From an uncultured Bacteroidales bacterium (GTDB lineage Bacteria; Bacteroidota; Bacteroidia; Bacteroidales; VadinHA17): 64,000 nucleotides of DNA. The position numbers were made by a program, and so were the translations under genes. Location of the stretch: contig CAVTSB010000002.1 in NCBI GenBank assembly GCA_963737255.1, positions 768,341-832,340 on the forward strand, in the 5' to 3' direction. The notes beneath the pieces are model-generated. The model saw only the letters and a list, made by a program, of their open reading frames with translations, did no database searches and was not told the origin of the DNA. Of the stretch, positions 41,307 through 51,517 are shown piece by piece. The stretch's first letter is position 1, and each line of letters starts with the position of its first letter.

Positions 41307-43559
41307 TCAGAACTTGCCCGAGAGCCTCAGGCTGAAGTTCCGCTGAGGCTGAATATCACCAGGACGTGTCATATACTCGGTATTTGTAAGGTTTTTAACT
41401 GCCAGCGACAATGTGAGCTTGCTGTTCAGCCTGTATCCCAGGTTCCAGTCAAGCGCCATGAATCCAGTATTATGGTCTGCCCAATAGGCAGGGAAACCAG
41501 GAAGAATGGCTTCTCCCGTTTCCGGGTGAAGAAAGAAGCTGTCAATCCGAAGGATTTTTGATTTGGTGTAAAGATTCAATTCTGACTCTACTTTCTTCCA
41601 TGATGTTTGCAACGAGACTTTACCCGAATGCTTCCTTCTGTACTTTAACCATGTATCTGTATTTTTTTGTGTCGATTTATTGAATTCAACAGGGTAGATA
41701 TATGTATAACCCCCCGTAAATGTTGTATTCACGTTACCGATGAGCCCGTTCACAATAAATTCAAATTCAGTGCCATAAACTCTCGATTGTTCAATATTTG
41801 TCGCCTGAAACCCCGTGGAAGCGACACCTGTAACCGGATCGGTATAAATTGCCAGGTAATACTCTATCATATTGGAGTTCTGTGATATGAAAATGGATAA
41901 ATCAAGCTGTCCGGTCATATTCCCGAATACGATTCCCTGTTTGAAGCCGGCTTCGGTGCTCCATCCTGATTCTGGCTCAACATCGGGATTGGGGAATATG
42001 CTTACCGAACCAAGGGTTGTTGAGGCATGTTTTTCAGCAATTGACGGATATCGATAGCCCTGCCCGAATGAAAGTCTGAGAAAACTGTAATCTGCCGCCC
42101 GCCAGTTGAGTCCAGCCCTGAATACAGGGACCAGCCGGTCATATATACCGTCAAGCGCATTTTGTTCAATCCTTACCCCGGCCACAGCTTCCACACGGTC
42201 GAACGGATGAACTTCAAATTGTGTGTATCCTGCAACATTGAAGCCGGTATGATGCTTGTACATGTTTGATCGTATTACGCTGAAACTGCCTGTCAGTCCG
42301 GCCGTCAGATCAATAAACCGGACCAGCTTTTGCCTGAACTGGTACTCTGAATAGAGTGAGTAGGCATCGCTGTTCGTACTTTTATTTTCGGGGAAGCGGT
42401 TCAATGATGTCTGGAACCGCATCCTGAGATCGTGTTCATAACTGTCATCTTTTTTAAGTGTTATAAACGGATCCAGGGCAAAAAAGGTTCCGTGTAATTC
42501 AATTGTCGCAGTTTCCTTTTGTTTCAGCGCACCCGGTCCGGCATTTTCCCAGAGCACAAAGTCCCTTTTCTCGGTATAACCCGAATTAACGTTCAGGCCG
42601 TAGGTCAAACCATCAAATTTTTTGTTGAAGTGCTTTAATTTCAAACTGATCCGTCCCAGCTTTTCCCCGTTGAGCCTTCTGTAGCCTTCATCAGCCAGCA
42701 GGCTGGCGCTAATGCCGATATCAGTGCTGCCAAATTTCTGAAGATGAGAGAACGAGAGGGTCGAGAAGGTCCTTGGAGTGTCCCACCAGATCCGTTCCCT
42801 GTTCCGTGGTTTGCCAAACACCCCTCCTTCAGCAAAGAATTTGGTAACAGGAGTGTTGCTTGCATCGGCAGTGCGGAAGTTTATCACCCCATTCAGAGCC
42901 GATGATCCGTAAAGAACGGAGGATGCTCCCTTTATTATTTCTATCTTCGACAGGTTTTCGAGAGGAAGAAATTGCCATTTGATATTTCCGGCATCTGCAG
43001 AAACCATGGGCAACCCATCGATCAGCGCAAGCACCCTGCTCCCGGCTCCATAGCTGAAACCGCTGCCTCCCCGTACCGAAGCCTGGCCGTCAATTACTTC
43101 TATCCCTGTGGTCTTATTTATAATTTCCTGTGCGTCAGTTATATGATTGGCAGCAATAAATGACTCCTTTACAATATCCATTGATACTGTAAGCTCCGCG
43201 ACCTTTTGCTCTGTTTTGTTGGCGCTTATGACAATCTGATCGATCTCAAGGACTTTCATATCAAGTCCGATATTTAATTCGCGGGTTTCATTTTCCCCTA
43301 CAAAAACCTCTGTTGAAAAAGGTTCGTAACCAATCAATTGAAAAATGATATTTAGCCTTCCTGAAACGTTTTCAATGAGGTACAGGCCATCCTTGTCTGT
43401 TGTGGTTCCCAGGTTTTTCCCGTAAAGGACATAGACGCCCGTCAGTGGCTCGCCCGTGTGCCTGTCGACGATTTTTCCCTTCAGTGTGCCACCGGTTTCA
43501 GCGTTGCTGAGAAGGGAGAAGAAAAGCAGGAGTATCGCGATAAGACCTGACCGGATCAT
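41307..43559 (-). CDS. TonB-dependent receptor with a CarboxypepD_reg domain (750 aa), no SusD partner
   Basis: Signal peptide. GKIVDRHTGEPLTGVYV.. (CarboxypepD_reg), plug (VIDGQASVRGGSGFSYGAGSRVLALIDGLPM), and a barrel ending RNFSLRLSGKF. Confidence 0.85.
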   Translation of the reverse strand: MIRSGLIAILLLFFSLLSNAETGGTLKGKIVDRHTGEPLTGVYVLYGKNLGTTTDKDGLYLIENVSGRLNIIFQLIGYEPFSTEVFVGENETRELNIGLDMKVLEIDQIVISANKTEQKVAELTVSMDIVKESFIAANHITDAQEIINKTTGIEVIDGQASVRGGSGFSYGAGSRVLALIDGLPMVSADAGNIKWQFLPLENLSKIEIIKGASSVLYGSSALNGVINFRTADASNTPVTKFFAEGGVFGKPRNRERIWWDTPRTFSTLSFSHLQKFGSTDIGISASLLADEGYRRLNGEKLGRISLKLKHFNKKFDGLTYGLNVNSGYTEKRDFVLWENAGPGALKQKETATIELHGTFFALDPFITLKKDDSYEHDLRMRFQTSLNRFPENKSTNSDAYSLYSEYQFRQKLVRFIDLTAGLTGSFSVIRSNMYKHHTGFNVAGYTQFEVHPFDRVEAVAGVRIEQNALDGIYDRLVPVFRAGLNWRAADYSFLRLSFGQGYRYPSIAEKHASTTLGSVSIFPNPDVEPESGWSTEAGFKQGIVFGNMTGQLDLSIFISQNSNMIEYYLAIYTDPVTGVASTGFQATNIEQSRVYGTEFEFIVNGLIGNVNTTFTGGYTYIYPVEFNKSTQKNTDTWLKYRRKHSGKVSLQTSWKKVESELNLYTKSKILRIDSFFLHPETGEAILPGFPAYWADHNTGFMALDWNLGYRLNSKLTLSLAVKNLTNTEYMTRPGDIQPQRNFSLRLSGKF

Positions 43560-43714
43560 TTTGGCTTAAATTTAGTGACTGATACCAGGTTTCTTATGGC
43601 ATAGAAGTCTCGATGGTTAACAAATCCGGAACACATCTCAGATCAGCCATTACCCTAAGAGTTGTTTAAACAACCAAGATAGTAAAAATGTTTGGAACAG
43701 CGGTAAGCCTGCCT

Positions 43715-44488
43715 TTAGAACTCCCTGATCCTGATATTCTTGAATGATACCAGATTCCCGTGGTCCTGCAGCAGGATCCTTCCCTCCTGAACCTCGCCGA
43801 ATCCCTTGAAATCCTTGAACTTGCTTGTGGCCACAAGATCCCTCCAGGCCTTGTTTGATCTTTTATATTCAACCGTCAGCTGTCCGTTGAGCCAATGCTG
43901 TACCTTTTTGTCATTTACAATTATGACAGCCCTGTTCCAAACATCTGGCCCGTTATCCCTTATGTTTTTTGGAGCTATCAGATCGTAAAGGCTCGCAAGA
44001 GTACGGTTACCCGCAATTCCGGCCTTTGCATCCGGATTAAGTCTGTCGTCAAGGATCTGATATTCGCATCCGATCGAAGCCATTTCCCCGCTATTCACTT
44101 CAGTGTCAACAAAGTATTTGATTCCGCTATTTGCGCCCTCAGAATACCTGAAGTCAATAACAAGTTCAAAATTCCTGTATTTATCAGTAGTTACCAGGTC
44201 CCCGCCGCCGCCTTCAGCTTTTGTCTGCGGATTTATGATGAGGGCGCCATCCCTGATCTCCCAGCCTGTTGGCGGGAATTTACCTGACTTTGCATTCATC
44301 CAGTTTGCAGTAGTCTTACCATCAAACAATAGCTTCCAGCCTTCCTTTACATCCCTGTCGGTAAGGGTATTGTCAGTAATGCTGCCCTGGGGGATTCCCG
44401 GGGTGAGTTTTTTCAATTGTCCGTTTACAGGGCTTACTGTCAATAACATAAAAATAATTGACGCAAAAAACAAGTAAAATTTTTTCAT
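43715..44488 (-). CDS. DUF1080 (3-keto-disaccharide hydrolase / LamG-like) domain protein
   Basis: Signal peptide. GWKLLFDGKTTANW, GWEIRDGALI, DLVTTDKYRNFELVIDFRY.EGANSGIKY, EYQILDD, GRILLQDHGNLVSFKNIRIRE. Confidence 0.8.
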   Translation of the reverse strand: MKKFYLFFASIIFMLLTVSPVNGQLKKLTPGIPQGSITDNTLTDRDVKEGWKLLFDGKTTANWMNAKSGKFPPTGWEIRDGALIINPQTKAEGGGGDLVTTDKYRNFELVIDFRYSEGANSGIKYFVDTEVNSGEMASIGCEYQILDDRLNPDAKAGIAGNRTLASLYDLIAPKNIRDNGPDVWNRAVIIVNDKKVQHWLNGQLTVEYKRSNKAWRDLVATSKFKDFKGFGEVQEGRILLQDHGNLVSFKNIRIREF

Positions 44489-44510
44489 GCTCAGTAATCT
44501 TTATTAATCA

Positions 44511-44570
44511 TTCATTTCAACCTATTTCAACTTATTTCTATTTATTTCAATTTATTTCTATTTATTTCAT
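44511..44570. repeat. Six tandem 10-bp repeats (consensus yTTATTTCwA) in the divergent promoter region between the DUF1080 and DUF4350-like genes
   Basis: ttcatttcaa cctatttcaa cttatttcta tttatttcaa tttatttcta tttatttcat. The helical-repeat period suggests curved DNA or an arrayed binding site. Confidence 0.75.
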
Positions 44571-44731
44571 CTCCCAGGTATTATATTACCGCAACACCAG
44601 GCCAGCAAGGTTTTTTAACTTTAATTCTTCATTTATGGGAATAAAGATATTGAAAAGATATTCTTTTTTCACAACCGGGATCAATTCATCATTATTGTTT
44701 TTTATTTTTGGAATACTAAACCTTAGAAATC

Positions 44732-45523
44732 ATGGAAAGCAATCGAAAGTTCAGGAAGCTCTTCTTTTCATTATCCTTCCTTCTGCCGTTCATCCTTTAT
44801 CAAAGCTCAATTGCCCAGCCTGTTGTCGGACTTGATAACTGGTTCAACCGGGAGACAAATGCCAAAACCGGACAACCCTTCCATTATCTCTGGACCGATA
44901 CAGAATGGAGCGGATATTCAAGATGGGGCGAGATATTTACATCAAAGGGAGCAAGATCAAACAATTGGAGAAACCTCATCTCACTGTTCTTGAAAGGCAT
45001 TGATGTTTATATCATTGTTGATCCGGATACCACAACCGAATCAAAATCACCTAATTATATCCTGAAGACAGATGATATAAAGGCCATTAAAAAATGGGTG
45101 AAGAAAGGAGGAGTCCTTGCCATTCTTGCCAATGATGCACCCAAATTGCGAGTTTACTCATCTTAACAGGCTTATGAAGAACTTCGGTATGATCTTTAAC
45201 CATGTAACTCTTCACCCGGTAACAGGAACAGAATTTGAGATGGGGGCAAGTACAAAGTTTCCTGATCATCCTCTTTTCAGGGGAGTTTCGAAAATTTATA
45301 TAAAGGAGGTTTCCGATATCAACCTTGCCGGAAATGCAAAGGCAATTGCTGACTGAAAACGGGTAAGGTTCTTATAGCCGAAAACAGATATGGGAAAGGT
45401 TATGTTTTTGCAATTGGCGATCCGTGGATCTACAATGAATATATTGACCACGACCGGCTCCCGGAAAGCTTTGAAAACAGAAAGGCTGCTGAGAACCTGA
45501 CGGAGTTTGCTGTTGGAAAGTAA
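44732..45523 (+). pseudogene. Secreted DUF4350-like (glutamine-amidotransferase-fold) protein, about 3 frameshifts
   Basis: Signal peptide in ORF 44732... Collinear fragments DVYIIVDPDTTTES.., KKGGVLAILANDAP, FGMIFNHVTLHPV, and YGKGYVFAIGDPWIYNEYIDHDRLPESFENRKAAENL ending at the TAA at 45521. The family call is tentative. Confidence 0.45.
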
Positions 45524-45572
45524 GGTGGGGAAACTAAATGTTGATAGCCATGTTATACAATCCGGTACACTC

Positions 45573-46728
45573 ATGAACACTTATTTTAAGTCTTGTTCGT
45601 CTTAATTCTCCTTCACGCCCGATCTCAGTGCCCAGTCTGCTTCCGAAGGACAGAACCATGTCAGCCATGGTACTTGCCAACAAATACTTCATGGAAAAAT
45701 GGCCCGATGTCGGAAAGACTATAATAACCGAACGGGAACGGCCAAGCAACATCTGGACACGCGGGACCTATTATGAAGGACTGATGGCTCTTTACAAGCT
45801 TAATCCTGATCCGGAATACTTTAACTATGCTGTCAACTGGGGGGAATTTCATAAATGGGGATTGCGTAATGGTATTCAGACCCGCAATGGCGATGATCAG
45901 TGCTGCGGCCAGACATATATCGACCTGTACCTTTTGGACTCTTCGAAAGAAGAGAGGATAAAAGATATTAAAGCCTGCATTGATAATATGCTGACAACTG
46001 ATAAGATCGATGACTGGAGCTGGATAGATGCAATCCATATGTCGATGCCGGTGTTCGCCAGGCTGGGATATATCTTATAAGGACGTCAGAGTACTTCGAC
46101 AGGGCACATGAAATGTATCTCTTTACGAAAACTTAAACAAGGAACAGCCGGACTATACAGCTACTAAGGATCATCTTTGGTGGCGCGACAAGGACTTTGA
46201 TCCTCCCTATGCAGAACCCAACGGCAAGAGGATGTTACTGGTCGAGAGGTAATGGATGGGTAACAGCGGCACTGGTCAGAACCTTGGAATTCTTGCCTGA
46301 AAATTCTCCATACGGAAAGGAGTACACTGAAAACGCTTAAAGAGATGTTCAATGCCCTGGTAAAAGTTCAGCGTGAGGATGGCTTCTGGAATGTCAGCCT
46401 TCTTGATCCTGGTCAAATTTCGGAGGCAAAGAAGCTTACAGGCACAGCTATGTTTACATACAGTATGGCCTGGTGCATCAACAAGGACTGATCAGCAGAA
46501 AGGATATATCTTCCGGTCGTAAACAAAGCATGGAACGGCTTGGTAACGGAGTCGCTTCATCCAAGATGGATTCCTTGGATTATGTTCAGGGTACGGGAAA
46601 ACAGCCTACGGACAGTCAGCCTGATCGGATATGATATTGTTCCGAACTTTGAGGATTTCGGGTTGGGATGCTTTCTGTTGCTGGAAGTGAAGTTTAAAGC
46701 TGAAATTATCAATGTCTTTAATCCGTAA
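45573..46728 (+). pseudogene. GH105 unsaturated rhamnogalacturonyl hydrolase (YteR-like), multiple frameshifts; both ends approximate
   Basis: ORF 45628..46080 (WTRGTYYEGLMALY, DDQCCGQTYIDLY, WSWIDAIHMSMPVFARLG), then shifted fragments WWRDKDFDPP, YWSRGNGWV.AALVRTLE, VQREDGFWNVSLLDP, GTAMFTYSMAW, GYVQGTG. Confidence 0.7.
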
Positions 46729-46798
46729 CAGCGAAGATCAATAATTTAGCACCTATGAGATTAAGAAATTCACTAGATTATAACAATAAATGTTACAT

Positions 46799-48066
46799 AT
46801 GAAAAAAACACTTTTCATTCAGTTTTTTGCGGCTGTTTTATAGCCTGGTCACGTGCAAAAGAATAACACTCAATTACGGGTTTCAACATCCTGAATCGGT
46901 TCAGGTGTCAGCTGAACGACTAAACCGGATCGACACTATGCTTCAGACAAAGTATCAACAAAGGATGGATTGCAGGAGCGGTAGGATTTATAGCACGCGA
47001 TGGTAAAATAATTTATAACAGATCATTCGGTGTGAACGATCTTGAAAATAAGTCACCAATGCAAACCGATCATATCTTCCGTATTGCCTCCCAGACAAAA
47101 GCCATAACCAGTATCGGCTTAATGATGTTGTTTGAAGAGGGAAAATTTCTTCTGGATGATCCGATCTCCAAGTATATTCCTGAGTTTGCCAATCCCCAGG
47201 TTCTTGAGAAGTTTAATGAGAAAGACACAACATTTACAACTGTTCCATCAGGAAGAGAAATTACAATAAGGGATCTGCTGACCCACACCTCCGGAATTGA
47301 TTATGCCGGTATTGGTTCTCCGCAAATGAAGGCAATCTATACGAAAGCCGGAATTACAGGAGGTTTTGGCAATGACAGAGTGACAATAGGGGACGACATT
47401 AAGCTTTTGGGCAAGCAACCCCTTGTCCATCAGCCGGGTGAAAGATTTACCTATGGTTTAAATGTGGATGTTATTGGCTACCTGATTGAAATTCTGTCAG
47501 GCGAAAAGCTTGACCAGTACTTAAGGAGCCATATCTTCGAACCTTTGGGAATGAACGACACCTGGTTCTATCTGCCTGAGGAAAAGTATGGCAGACTGGT
47601 AAAGGTAAATACTGAAAATGCTGATCATCAGGTGATATCGATGCCTCAGGACTTTGCCGGTTATCCATTGTTGAAAGGTACTTATTTTTCCGGAGGCGCC
47701 GGATTAAGTTCCACAACAAAGGACTATGCTGTCTTTCTTCAGATGCTTCTAAACAAAGGCGAATACAATGGGAAAAAGCTTCTCTCGAGGCACACTGTTG
47801 ATTTAATAACCTGCAACCAGATCGGTGACCTGAATCTGGGAGCCGACAAGTTCGGTCTTGGTTTTCAGATCACAACCGAAAAAGGACAGTCAATTCTCGG
47901 GGTTTCAGAAGGTTCCTTCGCATGGGGAGGGTATTTCGGGACAACCTATTGGGCCGATCCAAAGGAAAGACTTGTTTGCCTTTTGTTCGCACAGCAATTC
48001 CCATTAAGCCACGGCGAAATTGTAAATAAATTCAAGGCACTTGTGTATCAGGCACTTGATGACTAA
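46799..48066 (+). pseudogene. Beta-lactamase-fold serine hydrolase (class C/PBP4*-like); the N-terminal ~75 codons are frameshifted and the rest is intact
   Basis: MKKTLFIQFFAAVL at 46799 (signal peptide) in a different frame from the main ORF 47032..48066, which carries the SxxK motif (FRIASQTKAITS) and YGLNVDVIG, FAWGGYFGT. Confidence 0.75.
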
Positions 48067-48120
48067 GTTCTCCTGTTTGACAACGCAGTAATATCAGACC
48101 GCCATGCATCCGGACTTTTA

Positions 48121-51100
48121 TTATTCTGTCTGCTCCAGGCTGAGTCTTTTATGAAATTTGCGCCTCTGCCTCTTTAAGTTTCTTGAATAGATCAGGAAGT
48201 ACATTACCGGTATAAGTACCAATGTAAGGAAAGTTGCAAAGCTCAATCCGAAGATGATTGTCCACGATAAAGGTGAAAAGAACATGGCATTATCCCCTCC
48301 GAAATAGATATTTGGATTGAAGGAAGCGAAAAGGGTCTTGAAGTTTATATTAAGACCTATTGCCAGCGGGATCAATCCCAGTATAGTTGCTGTCGCAGTC
48401 AGGACAACCGGAGTGATACGTGTCTTTCCGGCTTCAATTATTGCCTGCCGGGTTTTTGTGCCCTGCCCTTTCAGCACATCCGTAAACTCAACCAGCAATA
48501 TTCCGTTCCTGACCACTATGCCGGCAAGGGCAACAATTCCCATCCCGGTCATAAGGATCGAAATAGTCATGCCAAAAAGCATATATCCTATCAGGACTCC
48601 AATAAGGCTGAATACCACTTCGGAGACAATGATAAGAGCCTTTGACATTGAATTGAACTGGGTGATCAGTATGAACATGATCATAAACAGCGCTACAAGC
48701 ATTGCTTTCGATAGGAAGATCATGGATTCCTGCTGTTCCTCCTGCTCACCGGTCATTCTGATATCAACACCGGAAGGTTTGTCAAATTGCGGCATCATCT
48801 CTCGTATCCGGGCGTTAATCTCATTTGCATTGAAGCCTCCCAGCACATTTGAAGAAAGTGTGATCACCCGTTTCAGGTTGAGTCTGTTGATCTGTCCGTA
48901 ACTGTTAATATAATCTACATCTGCTACGGCTGAAAGAGGAATTTTGCGCACAACCCCCGTATTGGCGTCCATATATGTTATTGTAAGATTCAGCAATTGC
49001 TCAAGATCCTCACGCTGGTTATCCTGAAAACGAAGCATGATCGGGTACTGGTCTTCTCCTTCACGGTATTTTGCGACCTCTTTACCCAGCTGTCCGGTTC
49101 TTATGGCATCGCCTACAAGTGCTGCGGAGATACCTTCATGATTGGCCCGTTCACGATCGAGGCTTATAAGGAGTTCAGGTTTGTTTGCTGCAAAGTCAGA
49201 TTTCAGCTCTTCAATCCCGTCGATCTGCAATGAATCGATAAAGAGTTTGAATTTAGCAGTGTATGCAACCAGTTCCCGTAAGTCTTCGCCGGAGATCTCT
49301 ATGTTAATCGGCTTACCGACAGGGGGACCGCCACTCATCTTGGCTACAACGATTTCGGCACCTGCAATATCCCTGACTGCGCCGCGCAGCTTATTCAGAT
49401 ATTCATTGGTGTTTTGTCCGTCCCTTTTATAGAACTGAACAAAATTAACTGCAACTTTTGCAAGATTTGAGGACTTTGTTGAATTGTCAAATTCGTTTTC
49501 TGAAGCCAGAAATGCAACATTAGTTACTACTGATTCGACGATCGGATTATCTTTGCCCAGTACATCCAAAATACGCTTTTCAACAATACGGGTCACTGAA
49601 TCGGTAACCGCAATTTCGGTTCCTACTGGCATCTTAATAAAAGTATTGATCGTATTCGGCTCATCGTCGGGAAAGAATACGACCTTGGGATTTACAATAT
49701 TCCAGAGAAACATTGTAACGACAAAGAGGCCGATCATCCCCCAGAGCAAACGCGCGGGTCTTTTGCCTGTCAGCACCCATTTCAGAAGGTTCTCATATTT
49801 ACTCATCATTGCAGGTATCGTCTTTGTCTGAAACCTGCTAAAGACCTTGTAGGCCCAGAGATTGTGAACAAGGTAGGAGAATGCAATAAACATTATAAGG
49901 TTGGCTAAGCCTATTCGCCCAAGTAAATAAAAAGGCAAGGCGGCGAGTATTATCCAGAGTGTCGATTTAATTACCTGGCGGCGCGGTACAGGACGGCTTT
50001 CGTCATCATGCTTCATGAAGTCGACGGCAAATACGGGGTTGATGACGTAAGCTACGATCAACGAAGCAAACAAGGTTATAATAAGCGTTATGGGTATGAA
50101 GACCATGAATTTGCCTACGACCCCCGGCCAGAATGCAAGCGGAACGAATGGTGCCAGGGTTGTCAGTGTACCCGAAAGGATAGGCATAAATACTTCTCCC
50201 GCGGCATACTTTGCCGAGGTTGTAACCGGCAACCCGGTCTTCCTGAATATCCTGTGAGTATTCTCAATAACCACAATGGCATCATCAACCACTATTCCGA
50301 GCGCAAAAATGAATGCGAACATTACCAGCATGTTAAGTGAAAAACCAATAACAGGCAGGAAGATGAAAGCAATCGCCATTGAAAGTGGAATAGAGAACGC
50401 CACAAAAAGTGCATTAACAAGCCCCATAAAGAACATAAGCACGATAGTGACAAAAATAAATCCGATAATGATTGTATTGTTGAGTTCCCTGACCGTGTCC
50501 CTCGTATAATGCGACTGATCGCCGGTTGTCTCTATAATCAGGTTGGGCGGGAGCTTGTTTTCCTTCATGTCGTCAAGGATAGTCTCTATTTTGTCAGCGG
50601 CTGCAAGAAGATTCTCGCCACTCTTTTTAACAACATTGAGGGTTATTACATTCTTCCCGTTATACCTGGCATAATTTTCAGGTTCATGATAACCGTCGGC
50701 TACCCTGGCGATATCCCTTAGCTTCACAATGGCTCCGCTTGTGGAGTTCATCACAACGTTCCTTATTTCGTCGATATTCTGCACTTCACCGATAACGGTG
50801 ATTGATCGGCTCATTCCCTGCAAATCGATATTGCCGCCCGATACTGTCATATTGTTAAGGCTCACAGCCTGCTCAACATCCCTGAATGTAAGGCCTGCCG
50901 CCCTCATTTTGTACATATCGATGTCGATCTGGATTTCCCTGTCCAGGGCGCCTCCGATCTCAACCCTGGTGATCTCGTTCAGGGTCTCGATGCGATCCTG
51001 GATCTCATCGGCATACTCCTTTAACCTGTCAAGGGGAATGTCGCCGGTAAGGTTAATGTATTGAATGGGAATCTCCGAAAGATCGACTTCCATGACCGTC

Positions 51101-51504
51101 GGTTCATTAAAGGAGGGATCATTCGGCAAATCACTCCTTGTCTTGTCAACAGCATCCGATACTTTTTGCTTGGCATCTCTTATCTCAACGCCTGTATTGA
51201 ATTCGACTATTATGGATGAGAAATCCTGCACCGACCGGGATGTTATCTTCCTGACATCCTTGATTGATTTCAGGTTCTTTTCCAATGGCCGGGTAACAAG
51301 GTTTTCCATGTCGGAAGGCGAGGCGCCCGGATATAATGAATTGACAACTACCATTGGAATTACAATCTCCGGAAATTGCTCCTTTGGCATTGTTAAGTAG
51401 TTCAACAATCCGAACAACGAAATCATAAAAACCAGCACATAGATACTGAGCTTATTGTCGATCGCCCAGCTTGTCGCAAAAAACTCCTTGAACTTCTTTT
51501 CCAT
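48121..51504 (-). CDS. RND efflux transporter, inner-membrane permease (AcrB/HAE family), 1127 aa
   Basis: ACR_tran-like organisation: an N-terminal TM segment then a periplasmic loop, two 6-TM bundles (e.g. FALGIVVDDAIVVIENTHR), and large periplasmic domains. Confidence 0.88.
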   Translation of the reverse strand: MEKKFKEFFATSWAIDNKLSIYVLVFMISLFGLLNYLTMPKEQFPEIVIPMVVVNSLYPGASPSDMENLVTRPLEKNLKSIKDVRKITSRSVQDFSSIIVEFNTGVEIRDAKQKVSDAVDKTRSDLPNDPSFNEPTVMEVDLSEIPIQYINLTGDIPLDRLKEYADEIQDRIETLNEITRVEIGGALDREIQIDIDMYKMRAAGLTFRDVEQAVSLNNMTVSGGNIDLQGMSRSITVIGEVQNIDEIRNVVMNSTSGAIVKLRDIARVADGYHEPENYARYNGKNVITLNVVKKSGENLLAAADKIETILDDMKENKLPPNLIIETTGDQSHYTRDTVRELNNTIIIGFIFVTIVLMFFMGLVNALFVAFSIPLSMAIAFIFLPVIGFSLNMLVMFAFIFALGIVVDDAIVVIENTHRIFRKTGLPVTTSAKYAAGEVFMPILSGTLTTLAPFVPLAFWPGVVGKFMVFIPITLIITLFASLIVAYVINPVFAVDFMKHDDESRPVPRRQVIKSTLWIILAALPFYLLGRIGLANLIMFIAFSYLVHNLWAYKVFSRFQTKTIPAMMSKYENLLKWVLTGKRPARLLWGMIGLFVVTMFLWNIVNPKVVFFPDDEPNTINTFIKMPVGTEIAVTDSVTRIVEKRILDVLGKDNPIVESVVTNVAFLASENEFDNSTKSSNLAKVAVNFVQFYKRDGQNTNEYLNKLRGAVRDIAGAEIVVAKMSGGPPVGKPINIEISGEDLRELVAYTAKFKLFIDSLQIDGIEELKSDFAANKPELLISLDRERANHEGISAALVGDAIRTGQLGKEVAKYREGEDQYPIMLRFQDNQREDLEQLLNLTITYMDANTGVVRKIPLSAVADVDYINSYGQINRLNLKRVITLSSNVLGGFNANEINARIREMMPQFDKPSGVDIRMTGEQEEQQESMIFLSKAMLVALFMIMFILITQFNSMSKALIIVSEVVFSLIGVLIGYMLFGMTISILMTGMGIVALAGIVVRNGILLVEFTDVLKGQGTKTRQAIIEAGKTRITPVVLTATATILGLIPLAIGLNINFKTLFASFNPNIYFGGDNAMFFSPLSWTIIFGLSFATFLTLVLIPVMYFLIYSRNLKRQRRKFHKRLSLEQTE

Positions 51505-51517
51505 TGAAATTTATTTT

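Noticed and set aside
43661-43674. 14-bp perfect palindrome GTTGTTTAAACAAC downstream of the DUF1080 gene, considered as a terminator or operator
   Set aside because: The stem is short and AT-rich, with no U-tract, and there is only one occurrence. The evidence is insufficient.
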